Source of the DNA: Paludibacteraceae bacterium
GTDB lineage: Bacteria > Bacteroidota > Bacteroidia > Bacteroidales > Paludibacteraceae
DNA: 38,906 bases
NCBI GenBank assembly: GCA_017423085.1
Contig: JAFPGA010000183.1
Span: 1-38,906, forward strand
Direction: 5' to 3'
The translations under genes were made by a program, and so were the position numbers. The notes beneath the pieces are model-generated. The model did not search any database. It saw only the letters and a list, made by a program, of their open reading frames with translations, and had not been told where the DNA came from. Position 1 is the first letter of the stretch. Every line of letters starts with the position of its first letter. Below, piece by piece: positions 17,771-26,807 of this stretch.

Positions 17771-18486
17771 AACTGGTGCTGAACCCGACATATGAACCGT
17801 GGCGTGAGTGGGTGGCTAACCTGCCGGAGAACTTTGCATGTCAAGGCGAGGTCATTTACGACGCGCGCAATCAGATCCGGCTTATGACGGCACCGGACGG
17901 CACAAAGGTGTGCGTCAAACGGTTTCACAAACCGCGTTTCCTGAACCGGTTCATCTATTCCTGTTTCCGCTCACCCAAAGCCGTTCGCGCTTACACGAAT
18001 GCCTTGCGGTTGCAACAGAATGGTATAGGCACTCCTACTCCGGTAGCATATCTGTTAGTACAGCACGGCGGACTGCTACAAGAGTCCTATCTGGTCACAC
18101 TCCAAAGCCGCCTGACACGCAATTTCTATGAGTTCCGGCATCATCCTTTAGCCGGTCACGAACCCGTTGTAGAGGCATTTGCTCAATTCACCGCAGACCT
18201 GCACAGGAAAGGTATATTGCATAAGGACTATTCGCCGGGCAATATCCTATTCGACGTTATGGAAAACGGTCAGGTAGCGTTTGAGTTGGTGGATATCAAC
18301 CGGATGTTGTTTGACCAGACGGTAAATATGGACAAGGCATGCTATAATTTCCGCAAACTATGGGGAGGCGAAGATTTCTTTGTGTTGTTGGCTTCCGCTT
18401 ATGCACGCGCAAGAGGCTGGAACGAAGAAGAATGCTGCCGACGAACAATACACTATTGGCAACAATTCTGGCGTCACCGCACTTAA
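17767..18486 (+). CDS. Lipopolysaccharide kinase (Kdo/WaaP/InaA) family protein
   Basis: VCVKRF (Lys-containing strand) and HRKGILHKDYSPGNILF (catalytic loop) match this family. The product is 239 aa and the gene overlaps the GT9 gene by 4 nt. Confidence 0.7.
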   Translation: MKLVLNPTYEPWREWVANLPENFACQGEVIYDARNQIRLMTAPDGTKVCVKRFHKPRFLNRFIYSCFRSPKAVRAYTNALRLQQNGIGTPTPVAYLLVQHGGLLQESYLVTLQSRLTRNFYEFRHHPLAGHEPVVEAFAQFTADLHRKGILHKDYSPGNILFDVMENGQVAFELVDINRMLFDQTVNMDKACYNFRKLWGGEDFFVLLASAYARARGWNEEECCRRTIHYWQQFWRHRT

Positions 18487-18487
18487 T

Positions 18488-19597
18488 ATGGTTGTACTGC
18501 ACTACATAGCATCCCCTTTCTGGGGCGGTGGAGAGCAATATATATACGACCTCTGCACCACACTGGCTGAGACACATCAGACACGGTTCGTGTTTGTGTG
18601 CCAACCGGGAACGGACGAACAGATGCAATCGCGTTTTCGTGCGTTGGGGACTGTTTATACGCTTCAGCCGCGCACCAAGAACAGCAAATTCTCTTATTGC
18701 GAGGCGCTGCGAATGGCTTCTATCATTCGCCACGAAAAAATTGATGTGGTGCATATGCATGACAGAAAGGAGTTTTTCCTATGCGCCTATGCCAAATGGC
18801 TATGTATGCGCCCCGTGCGATTGGTAGCCACACTACATCTGGTCGTATCACAGGCGAAAAGCAAACCTTCGTGGCTATGGGTATATCGACAGATCGATGC
18901 AATGATTTTTGTATCCCGGCATGCGGCAGACCGTTTTCTGGCCTTACCGGCAGTTCGTAAGGCATGCCGCCATGTGCATGTGATACACAATAGTATCGCA
19001 CTGCCGCCAGCAACCACTCTCCCCCAACCCGACCTGCGCGAGCAGTGCCATATCTCCACCGGTTTTCCCATTGTGTTGTACCACGGCCGAATATGTCCGG
19101 AGAAAGGAATTATCTCCATCCTGCAAGCCATCGCACCTGTTTTCAAACGTAATTATGCGATTGTGCTGGCGGGCAATATCGCAGAAGAAAGCCGTGAGGA
19201 ATTGGAAGAACTGCTGCATCACTCCGCCCTGCAGGGATATCTGCATTATATCGGTTTCCGCACCGACTGCGATACACTCATCCGGCAGAGTACCGTAGGC
19301 TTGCTTCCTTCGCTCATACCGGAAGCCGCCTCGTTGTCGTTACTGGAACATATGGCGCTGGGTTCTGCCGTTCTCGCCTCGAACAACGGTTCGCAACCCG
19401 AGTTTGTTGCGAATCAGAAAGAAGCTATTCTTCTGCCCCCGGGTCAATGGTCCCTATGGATAGAGGCGTTGGACCATCTGATAACGAACCAAGAGGTCGC
19501 ACAGCGTTTAGGTCAACAGGCAAAGAAACGGTTTATAACAGAATTCGGATATCCCGATTTTGTAGAGAAAATACATAGGGTATATGCAAACCAATAA
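18488..19597 (+). CDS. Glycosyltransferase family 4 (GT-B fold)
   Basis: MVVLHYIASPFWGGGEQY at the N-terminus and LLPSLIPEAASLSLLEHMALG (an E..(S/F)....E-type motif). ATG 18488 follows the kinase stop by 1 nt; the track start 18380 lies inside the kinase gene. Confidence 0.8.
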   Translation: MVVLHYIASPFWGGGEQYIYDLCTTLAETHQTRFVFVCQPGTDEQMQSRFRALGTVYTLQPRTKNSKFSYCEALRMASIIRHEKIDVVHMHDRKEFFLCAYAKWLCMRPVRLVATLHLVVSQAKSKPSWLWVYRQIDAMIFVSRHAADRFLALPAVRKACRHVHVIHNSIALPPATTLPQPDLREQCHISTGFPIVLYHGRICPEKGIISILQAIAPVFKRNYAIVLAGNIAEESREELEELLHHSALQGYLHYIGFRTDCDTLIRQSTVGLLPSLIPEAASLSLLEHMALGSAVLASNNGSQPEFVANQKEAILLPPGQWSLWIEALDHLITNQEVAQRLGQQAKKRFITEFGYPDFVEKIHRVYANQ

Positions 19598-21023
19598 AAT
19601 AGGAATATGGGTAAAAAACAACCTGTTCAGCTTATGTTGCTGTGCCGGTTTGGTGTTATGGTGGGGTGCGTGTAAACTATTCACGCCGACAGTGCCTATT
19701 ATGGTCAACGAATATGCACCTGTTTACCTGCCCGCCGTTTGCACCATCTCACTGGTGCTGATTGCTATTCCTGTTTTTCTGTTGGTATGCAGCCGCGAGT
19801 TCCGACAATGGCGCTGGACAGACCAGATCGTTCTGCTTGGTATCGCCCTAATGTTAGGCGCACTCATTCATCGCCCACGCGTGTACCTGGATGTACAAAT
19901 CGTATTTTTCCTATGCACCGTCATTGCCTTTGTGTTTGACCGTCCGCTTTGTTGGCACCGTCCACCGCTGTTCTACTACGCGTTTTGGCTCTATTTCATT
20001 TGGCAGACCATCACTATTTCCTGGACCAGCAACACATCCGAGGCAATGGTCTATTTCAACCGGCTGGTGCCGTTAGTCTCCTATTCGCTTGCGTTCCTGC
20101 TCATTCGCATAGAAGAGCGCCAGTATCGCTTGTTGGTGCTGATGCTATGGCGTGTGGTATGCATCGGATGTCTGTTGACACTGGGCTCCGGTATCTATGA
20201 GGCGCTACGGATGGGAGTGGATCTGAGCACGTTCACTCATTTCGGCAAGTTCTATATTAACCAGTATACTGTATATGACCTTATTTTTGCATGGAGCGGT
20301 GCGACACATCCCACCTACAACGCGCTGTGGATAATAGGCGGGTTAGTGTGCAGTTTCTATCTAATGGATAAGAAATATATCACTTCTTTCGAAGCAGCTT
20401 TCTCCTGGCTGCTGATTTTCGCCACTATCTATGTATCCCAGAGCCGTGTAGGATTGGTTTTATGGTGTATGGTATGCGCTGTCGGCACACTGTATCTGCT
20501 TCGTCACCACCGCCGATGGTTATGGACCGCTCTGGGAGTAATGGCAACCGCTATAATAATGATCGGCATCACACAGATAGACACGATTCGTGCTTTCTCC
20601 GCCGACCCCAACCGAGATAAACTGATGAGTGTCACGTTGGATTATCTGCGCGCCGACCCGTGGAAAGGATGCGGTTTAGGAGGTATGACCTTTGATTATA
20701 TCAGTTCGGTGGTGGGCTATGAGTTCAAATCATGGTGGCCTCAATACGACTACATAGGGATGTATCCGCACAACCAGTTCCTCGGCGACTGGATGCAGTC
20801 CGGTATTGTCGGGTTGGTACTGATTTGCGTGGTGATGCTCACCCTTCTCTATGAGAGCTATCGTCAGCGCAGTTTCCTTGCATTCGTCTATTGCATTGCG
20901 GTGTTTATTGTGATGCAAATAGAAATGCCGCTCCATATACTGAGCGGCAGTTCGATTATTGCGTTTATGATGTGTTTCTTCCTCTGTCACCGTGCTCCAA
21001 GCGAACGGTATAGTGACAAGTAG
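19584..21023 (+). CDS. O-antigen ligase / Wzy_C-family polytopic membrane protein
   Basis: The product is 479 aa with about 10-12 hydrophobic segments. A periplasmic loop is followed by YPHNQFLGDWMQSGIVGL, which fits the H.N.(Y/F)L....G..G motif of O-antigen ligase-like proteins. Confidence 0.75.
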   Translation: MQTNKIGIWVKNNLFSLCCCAGLVLWWGACKLFTPTVPIMVNEYAPVYLPAVCTISLVLIAIPVFLLVCSREFRQWRWTDQIVLLGIALMLGALIHRPRVYLDVQIVFFLCTVIAFVFDRPLCWHRPPLFYYAFWLYFIWQTITISWTSNTSEAMVYFNRLVPLVSYSLAFLLIRIEERQYRLLVLMLWRVVCIGCLLTLGSGIYEALRMGVDLSTFTHFGKFYINQYTVYDLIFAWSGATHPTYNALWIIGGLVCSFYLMDKKYITSFEAAFSWLLIFATIYVSQSRVGLVLWCMVCAVGTLYLLRHHRRWLWTALGVMATAIIMIGITQIDTIRAFSADPNRDKLMSVTLDYLRADPWKGCGLGGMTFDYISSVVGYEFKSWWPQYDYIGMYPHNQFLGDWMQSGIVGLVLICVVMLTLLYESYRQRSFLAFVYCIAVFIVMQIEMPLHILSGSSIIAFMMCFFLCHRAPSERYSDK

Positions 21024-22033
21024 GAATCCATGTGTTTCTGCCACATAAAGGATGTCGCGTACGTATATGCGGCATCGAGTTGTTGATGCGTAGTCTGACG
21101 TATCGCCTGTTGGATCAGCGCCGCCGATGCTTCTGCCGGATAATCCGGTGCGAAGTAGGTCACATGGTCTTTGCCAATCTCGCTCAGGCTCGTAGCATGC
21201 GAACAGATGACCGGTTTACGGAACAGCATCGCTTCCACTATCGGCAAACCGAAACCCTCGAACAAAGACGGGAACACAAAGGCGGCACAATGACGGTACA
21301 GCCATACTTTCTGCTCCGCAGACACTATACCAAGCAAATGTACATTGCGCAAGCCGTTTTCTGCGATGCGTTGCTCTATCTCCTGTGCATAGGGTGTATT
21401 CTTGTTGCCGGCAATATACAGATGCATATCCGGCAAATAGCGCATCATATCTACCAGTACATGGAAATTTTTCTTCGGCTTGATTTCTCCGATGGAGAAC
21501 AGATATGGTTGCTGTACCTCCGGCATGGCTTGGTCCGCAGACAGGTCTATTCGTTCGATGCCATTATAGATAACAGACACCTGCTTGCCCGATAATTGCA
21601 TGAACCGCTCGGTCTCCTGTTTGGCAAACTCCGAAATTGCTACCACTGCATCCGCCTTGTTCACTTTGGCTTGAATCTTGCGCAGGTACTTCTCCACTCG
21701 CTTGCCCTGCTTCTCATACGCAAAATTGAAATCATGAATAGTCAGCACGTAATGGCGTGCAAAAGGCTTATATCGAGATAACTGGTGAATCGCATGCCAC
21801 ACATCGAACCGCTTGCATATCAGCCATGGGAAAAGGCGATAAATCTTATGCGCCACGATGTATTGTACCTTGTCGCCAAACGTCCCGACAAACGCTTTAG
21901 GCACGAGCAGATATATCTGTTCGTCCGGTTTGGGCACATAGCAGTCGCGGAAATAATAACCGTAGTTAAGCGCCACCTGCCCCAACCCGCAGTGAACATT
22001 TCGTAATATGGACAAATCGATTAGAATTCGCAT
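20987..22033 (-). CDS. Glycosyltransferase family 4
   Basis: MRILIDLSIL at the N-terminus and FVFPSLFEGFGLPIVEAM (EX7E region). Confidence 0.8.
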   Translation of the reverse strand: MRILIDLSILRNVHCGLGQVALNYGYYFRDCYVPKPDEQIYLLVPKAFVGTFGDKVQYIVAHKIYRLFPWLICKRFDVWHAIHQLSRYKPFARHYVLTIHDFNFAYEKQGKRVEKYLRKIQAKVNKADAVVAISEFAKQETERFMQLSGKQVSVIYNGIERIDLSADQAMPEVQQPYLFSIGEIKPKKNFHVLVDMMRYLPDMHLYIAGNKNTPYAQEIEQRIAENGLRNVHLLGIVSAEQKVWLYRHCAAFVFPSLFEGFGLPIVEAMLFRKPVICSHATSLSEIGKDHVTYFAPDYPAEASAALIQQAIRQTTHQQLDAAYTYATSFMWQKHMDSYLSLYRSLGAR

Positions 22034-23142
22034 AGTTCGTGATAGATTTGAATGAGACTACTTGCTACTTTTTCGTCTGTGAACCGTTCCGCTTGCGCTT
22101 GCCCTTTGGTAATCATACGATTCCGCAAGTCAGCATCCGAGAGCACGCGTACCAATTGAGCTCCTATCTGCTCCGGCTGCAGCGGATCGGCATAGAGCGC
22201 CGCGTCTCCACCCGTCTCTGCAAAGCAGCTGCCTGTGGACGTTACGACCGGTGTACCGATACACATCGCTTCCAGAACAGGTATTCCAAACCCCTCATAG
22301 AGACTCGGATAAACGAACAGTTCCGCCCCTTTATAAAACGCCGGCAGATCAGCCTGTGGCACATCGGAACATATCTGGATTTTCACTCCCGCCTTTTCAG
22401 CCAGACGGCATAACTGCTCACCATACGCACTCATTGCGCCCACCAGCACCAGAGGTACTTCTATCTTTGCCGTTACGACTGCTTCTATCAAACGGCACAG
22501 GTTCTTGCGTTCCTCCAATGCTCCCACATACAGCATGTATCGCTCCGGCAGGTTGTATTGACTGCGCACTTGCGCCACCTGCGCATCCGTCACCGGTTTC
22601 CGGTATAGATTACTGCATCCTTGATATACCACGCGGATCTTCTGCGCATCGGCATGGAAATAGTGTATAAGATCCTGCTTGGTCTGCTCCGAGATAGCAA
22701 TAATAAGGTCGGCATGCGTACATGCATAGCGCACTTTGCACGCAAACAGCCAACGATAGGTCGGACTGTACAGATGCGGATAACGCATAAAAATAGTATC
22801 ATGAACAGTGACTACCGTTCGTATGGACGTACGGTGGATACCGTAGGGCAGTTCGCCCGACAGACCATGATAAAGCGTTACATCGCGAAGTTGGTGCAGA
22901 CAACCTCCACTGCGCCATAAGGACGGGAACAGCCGCCACAGACCGCGAGGCGAAAAGAGACGCACATGGGACGTGTCACACAACGCGGACGGTATGCCAC
23001 AGAGCACATAGTCGTTTTGCGGTGCATAGGTCTGCATCAAACGAATCACATCACGGCTGTAGTTACCTAACCCGCGACGGTTAGCAAAAGCTCTCTTGGC
23101 ATCATATGCTATCGTTATTCCATTCATTCTATTCATTATCAA
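22021..23142 (-). CDS. Glycosyltransferase family 4
   Basis: FVYPSLYEGFGIPVLEAM. It overlaps the upstream gene by 4 nt and the downstream GT4 gene by 13 nt. Confidence 0.8.
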   Translation of the reverse strand: MIMNRMNGITIAYDAKRAFANRRGLGNYSRDVIRLMQTYAPQNDYVLCGIPSALCDTSHVRLFSPRGLWRLFPSLWRSGGCLHQLRDVTLYHGLSGELPYGIHRTSIRTVVTVHDTIFMRYPHLYSPTYRWLFACKVRYACTHADLIIAISEQTKQDLIHYFHADAQKIRVVYQGCSNLYRKPVTDAQVAQVRSQYNLPERYMLYVGALEERKNLCRLIEAVVTAKIEVPLVLVGAMSAYGEQLCRLAEKAGVKIQICSDVPQADLPAFYKGAELFVYPSLYEGFGIPVLEAMCIGTPVVTSTGSCFAETGGDAALYADPLQPEQIGAQLVRVLSDADLRNRMITKGQAQAERFTDEKVASSLIQIYHELCEF

Positions 23143-25589
23143 TCACGAGTCAAACCTACCTGCATCGTCAACAACAAACCGCGAGGGATACAGAGGCTGA
23201 GCGAGGTACGATTGTCCGCCAGACCGCTTCGGGTAGCTCCGTCGTAATACATACAATATTCATTGAGTTCGGTACCAAAATCCCATATGTTATAGCACAC
23301 TGCCTGTACAGCAAAGGGTACACCACGGATAGCACCGCGATACTTGAGTCGCAAATCGAAATTGAAGAACGAGTCGGTGCGCTGTCCGAAATTGCCATCC
23401 GCCACGTTGATACCCCGCGTGTACATACTCCACAACACAGCTTGCGAACGGTTGGCTCCATCGGTGTCTATATACGTTGCATAATGACGGAAGGGCACGC
23501 CGTCACGGAACTTACCGCTTACGCTCAATTGCCAGTTCTCAGTGATGTTCACACCCAACTGAAATCGGGCGATATAAGCTCTATCCTGATGCAGACGTCC
23601 CAGCGAACGAACACCTTCGTCGGTCTGCTGCATATTCATATGTACCAATGTATTATTGGGATTTGCCAAACTCTCACTGAGTACTTGAATATCCTCCGTC
23701 TGCATGTTGTTACCCATTGCCGAGACACCGGACACACAATAACTCTGCCAACTGAATGACACAAACACCTTGCGCCCGTTGTAGGTGTATTGGATGAGAT
23801 TGGAGGCAAACACAGGCGAGTCCCAAATACCGCTACCTGTCTTGGGTGCCGGTACTATTTCGTAGTACCGTTCCTGCGGTAACATACGATACACCGTGCA
23901 ACTCTGCCCGGCAAAGACTTGCGTCTGCTCTACCGCCTCAAAACTGTTTGCCGACTCATCCGCCAGACGGACAGACCATGTGTTATAATATTTCTTAAAA
24001 CTAGACAAGATACTGATTTCATGGCGTCCGATAGTAAACACAATCGGCACATCGACGGCTACGTATTGCGGTTGCCATAGTCCTTTGCCCAAACGGTGAT
24101 ACTGTCCACCTGTAGTGGTCAGCAGCGTGTTCGTTCCGGCATAACAGACCTGACCGCTCATATAATCATCACTCAGGAACCGAAGCTGTTCATAGGTATA
24201 AGGGATGCGGTAATTGGCAGCAATGAGGTCCATTTTGAACCATTTGACCGGTTCTATATGTATGTCCGCTTTGGCTTCCCACGAAGGAGTAACGATCGAT
24301 TTGCCACGCAACAACATACCATCCAGCGTAGCGGCCACACTACCGCTCAGCCGCAGCCATGGTAATACCTCATAGTCCGCTTCAACAGACATGGTATTCT
24401 CTAACATACCCGAACAGAAATCCTCCGAATGCCATTGGTAGTCATATAGCGGCAGTGGTGAAGGCATGTTGTAACCCTGCACATACACACTATTGGTCCA
24501 GGATCCCTGCAGCGAGGTGAATGCCATAAACGAATTATAACCATCCACATGCACCTGCAACCACGGCAGTATGTGATAGCGGTAATCCAACGCCCAGTTC
24601 AGTTCATGCGTGTGTCCGTCTGCGTACCAAGGTTCGAACGCGTCTCCATCAACATCAATGATATTTCTGCTGAACTCCGGTTCACGGTGGTTGTCACGCC
24701 GAAGCGCATAGGTCAAACCGGTGGTCAGATTACCGTCACGGGCAAAATCTTTGGTGCCATATACAGAAAACGAATGGTTTATCTGCCGCGCTGTCTCGTT
24801 TCCGTTATAGCCGAACTCGCTATACGCATCGGCACGATAGCCGGCTCGTATGATATAATGCAGCGCATCAAAAGCGGTATTGGGTGCTACCGGCAACTGC
24901 CCGTCCAACTGCACATGATAATAATCCGCATCATACGCACCGCTAATACCGTCATACGTATAGAGCAACTGACGACGCATGCCATAAGCGGCATACACAT
25001 GCTGGGTATAATAGCGTCCCTTGACCGGAATGCCATACACCACATCCGCATTGCCGGCACCCACTATATGCTTGCGGTATTGTAGGGGCATGTCATTTGC
25101 CAGACGTTTAATGGCGGAGTTCCCTTCCTGCAGCTCTTGTAGCCATTTGGCGGAGATACTATACCCGCCTACGTTGCCCCCCTGCCCGGACAGACGCACA
25201 TGCCACGGACGCACGCTATCCGTCGTCCAATACACCGCACCGCGGTTATAATCAATCGCCATCGAGTGAGCAAACATATCCGGTCGGTAGAGTGCATCGC
25301 CGGACTCAATGCGACTGTCCACACGGAAATGATTCAGATAATATCTGTTCCACCTGTACGAATTGCCGTTGATTGAGAACATAAGCGGTTCCGATGTCGT
25401 CCACTCGCCTGTCGTTTCCGTCAGATATACCGAGACGGCGCAGTTATTATCCAGAAAATGCTGTAACTCCCCCCATTGGTACCATTCACGGAACCACTCA
25501 CTGCTCACGGTGTCCCTGCCAAAATCCGCTGCCGCGATGAGCGGAAGCGTCAGTGCAACACATCCTATGAGCGTAAAGAGGCGTTTCAC
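23139..25589 (-). CDS. Uncharacterised 816-aa secreted protein, probably a large outer-membrane beta-barrel (TonB-dependent-receptor-like composition, no recognisable plug or TonB box)
   Basis: Signal peptide MKRLFTLIGCVALTLPLIAAA. The sequence is rich in Tyr, Trp, Gly, Asn and Asp and has alternating strand-like segments throughout. No family motif was recognised. Confidence 0.6.
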   Translation of the reverse strand: MKRLFTLIGCVALTLPLIAAADFGRDTVSSEWFREWYQWGELQHFLDNNCAVSVYLTETTGEWTTSEPLMFSINGNSYRWNRYYLNHFRVDSRIESGDALYRPDMFAHSMAIDYNRGAVYWTTDSVRPWHVRLSGQGGNVGGYSISAKWLQELQEGNSAIKRLANDMPLQYRKHIVGAGNADVVYGIPVKGRYYTQHVYAAYGMRRQLLYTYDGISGAYDADYYHVQLDGQLPVAPNTAFDALHYIIRAGYRADAYSEFGYNGNETARQINHSFSVYGTKDFARDGNLTTGLTYALRRDNHREPEFSRNIIDVDGDAFEPWYADGHTHELNWALDYRYHILPWLQVHVDGYNSFMAFTSLQGSWTNSVYVQGYNMPSPLPLYDYQWHSEDFCSGMLENTMSVEADYEVLPWLRLSGSVAATLDGMLLRGKSIVTPSWEAKADIHIEPVKWFKMDLIAANYRIPYTYEQLRFLSDDYMSGQVCYAGTNTLLTTTGGQYHRLGKGLWQPQYVAVDVPIVFTIGRHEISILSSFKKYYNTWSVRLADESANSFEAVEQTQVFAGQSCTVYRMLPQERYYEIVPAPKTGSGIWDSPVFASNLIQYTYNGRKVFVSFSWQSYCVSGVSAMGNNMQTEDIQVLSESLANPNNTLVHMNMQQTDEGVRSLGRLHQDRAYIARFQLGVNITENWQLSVSGKFRDGVPFRHYATYIDTDGANRSQAVLWSMYTRGINVADGNFGQRTDSFFNFDLRLKYRGAIRGVPFAVQAVCYNIWDFGTELNEYCMYYDGATRSGLADNRTSLSLCIPRGLLLTMQVGLTRD

Positions 25590-26434
25590 GAGCGATTGTT
25601 CGGTTTGAGGATTGTTATGTTATACACCAGCCCAACGCGAAGTTGATGAAACGGGTAGTCCTTTATTCCCCACTGATACTGCACATACGGTTCAAAACCT
25701 TTAACCTGCCCTGCAGCACGCACCTTGAGCGACATTGGTGCATCGCCGTAACGTTCCCAACCGACATATCCGCTCCATGTAGTCTGCAGCGAAAAATACT
25801 CATGTCTCAATTGCGCTTGCAAACCGTACATCACCGCATCGTTCTGTCGTGCCTCTGCTGTCTGCCAGCAAAGGAAACCTACCGAACCGGAAAAACGCAA
25901 TTCCACCGCCTTGAGGGGAACAGACTGCCCCATACTGAGATCGAAGAAATAACCCGGATCGTCAAAATGACGCTTGCGCGCAAGCTGCTCGCCGCTGGCG
26001 GTTTTGACTCCTAACCGGATGGTCATCTGAGGGATGTATTTCGCATTCTCTCCTTTGAACCACGCATTGTGCAGCACCTGCACGTCGGTGGACAGATACA
26101 CATCTCCTGCTCCACTACCCGTTCCGTCACTCTGGCTGTACCACTCATACACCGGCATCCAGACGCTGAGGTTCACCCAACGCGTGAACAGAGGCACTTG
26201 CACACGCGCGAACAAATCTGCCGTACGGGAACCGTCATAGCCGAAATAGCCGTCTGCCGCCAGTTCTACACGTAGTTGCTCATACGTGCGCCCATCCGAC
26301 AAGTCAATTATCGGCAAGGCATTAGGGCCAAAGAAGGCGGGTGCCACACCGGTTGGAGTGAACGCACGCAGCATCGTGCTGCATATCAGCAGCATAACCG
26401 CCAAGCCATATTTATACACGGAACGTGAACACAT
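25586..26434 (-). CDS. Uncharacterised 282-aa secreted protein, a putative small outer-membrane beta-barrel
   Basis: It has an N-terminal hydrophobic signal (LAVMLLICSTMLRA) and alternating aromatic/polar strands (LRVELAADGYFGY, VELRFSGSVGFLCW, YVQYQWGI, LRVGLVYN). It overlaps both neighbouring genes. Confidence 0.55.
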   Translation of the reverse strand: MCSRSVYKYGLAVMLLICSTMLRAFTPTGVAPAFFGPNALPIIDLSDGRTYEQLRVELAADGYFGYDGSRTADLFARVQVPLFTRWVNLSVWMPVYEWYSQSDGTGSGAGDVYLSTDVQVLHNAWFKGENAKYIPQMTIRLGVKTASGEQLARKRHFDDPGYFFDLSMGQSVPLKAVELRFSGSVGFLCWQTAEARQNDAVMYGLQAQLRHEYFSLQTTWSGYVGWERYGDAPMSLKVRAAGQVKGFEPYVQYQWGIKDYPFHQLRVGLVYNITILKPNNRS

Positions 26435-26807
26435 AATTCATACCAAAATTCCAAAGGGTGACTATTCCGATAGCAATCAGTTTGCTCCAATAGAAGTTCC
26501 AATGTAGTTTGTCATGCAACAGGAAGATGATGAGGTTGTTGAGTCCGAGTCCGATCAACGCGATGACAAAGAACGAGATATACTCCCGCGCAACCTCGGT
26601 GCTCTCGCTTTCAAATGTCCAAAGCCGATTCCAAAGATAGTTGTTTGTCGCTGCCAGCACGAATCCGAGCGAGTTACTCAAGTACTTGTTCCAGCGCAGT
26701 TTCTCTTTGCACAGCCATGTGACACCGAAATCCACGAGCATCCCGCTCACTCCGACAATGCCAAAGCGAACAAAACGGATTAATATGGTCCACCATGTAC
26801 TATTCAC
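26412..26807 (-). CDS. GtrA-family membrane protein
   Basis: The product is 131 aa with 4 hydrophobic helices. FVRFGIVGVSGMLVDFGVTWL and WNRLWTF are typical of GtrA. Confidence 0.8.
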   Translation of the reverse strand: MNSTWWTILIRFVRFGIVGVSGMLVDFGVTWLCKEKLRWNKYLSNSLGFVLAATNNYLWNRLWTFESESTEVAREYISFFVIALIGLGLNNLIIFLLHDKLHWNFYWSKLIAIGIVTLWNFGMNYVFTFRV

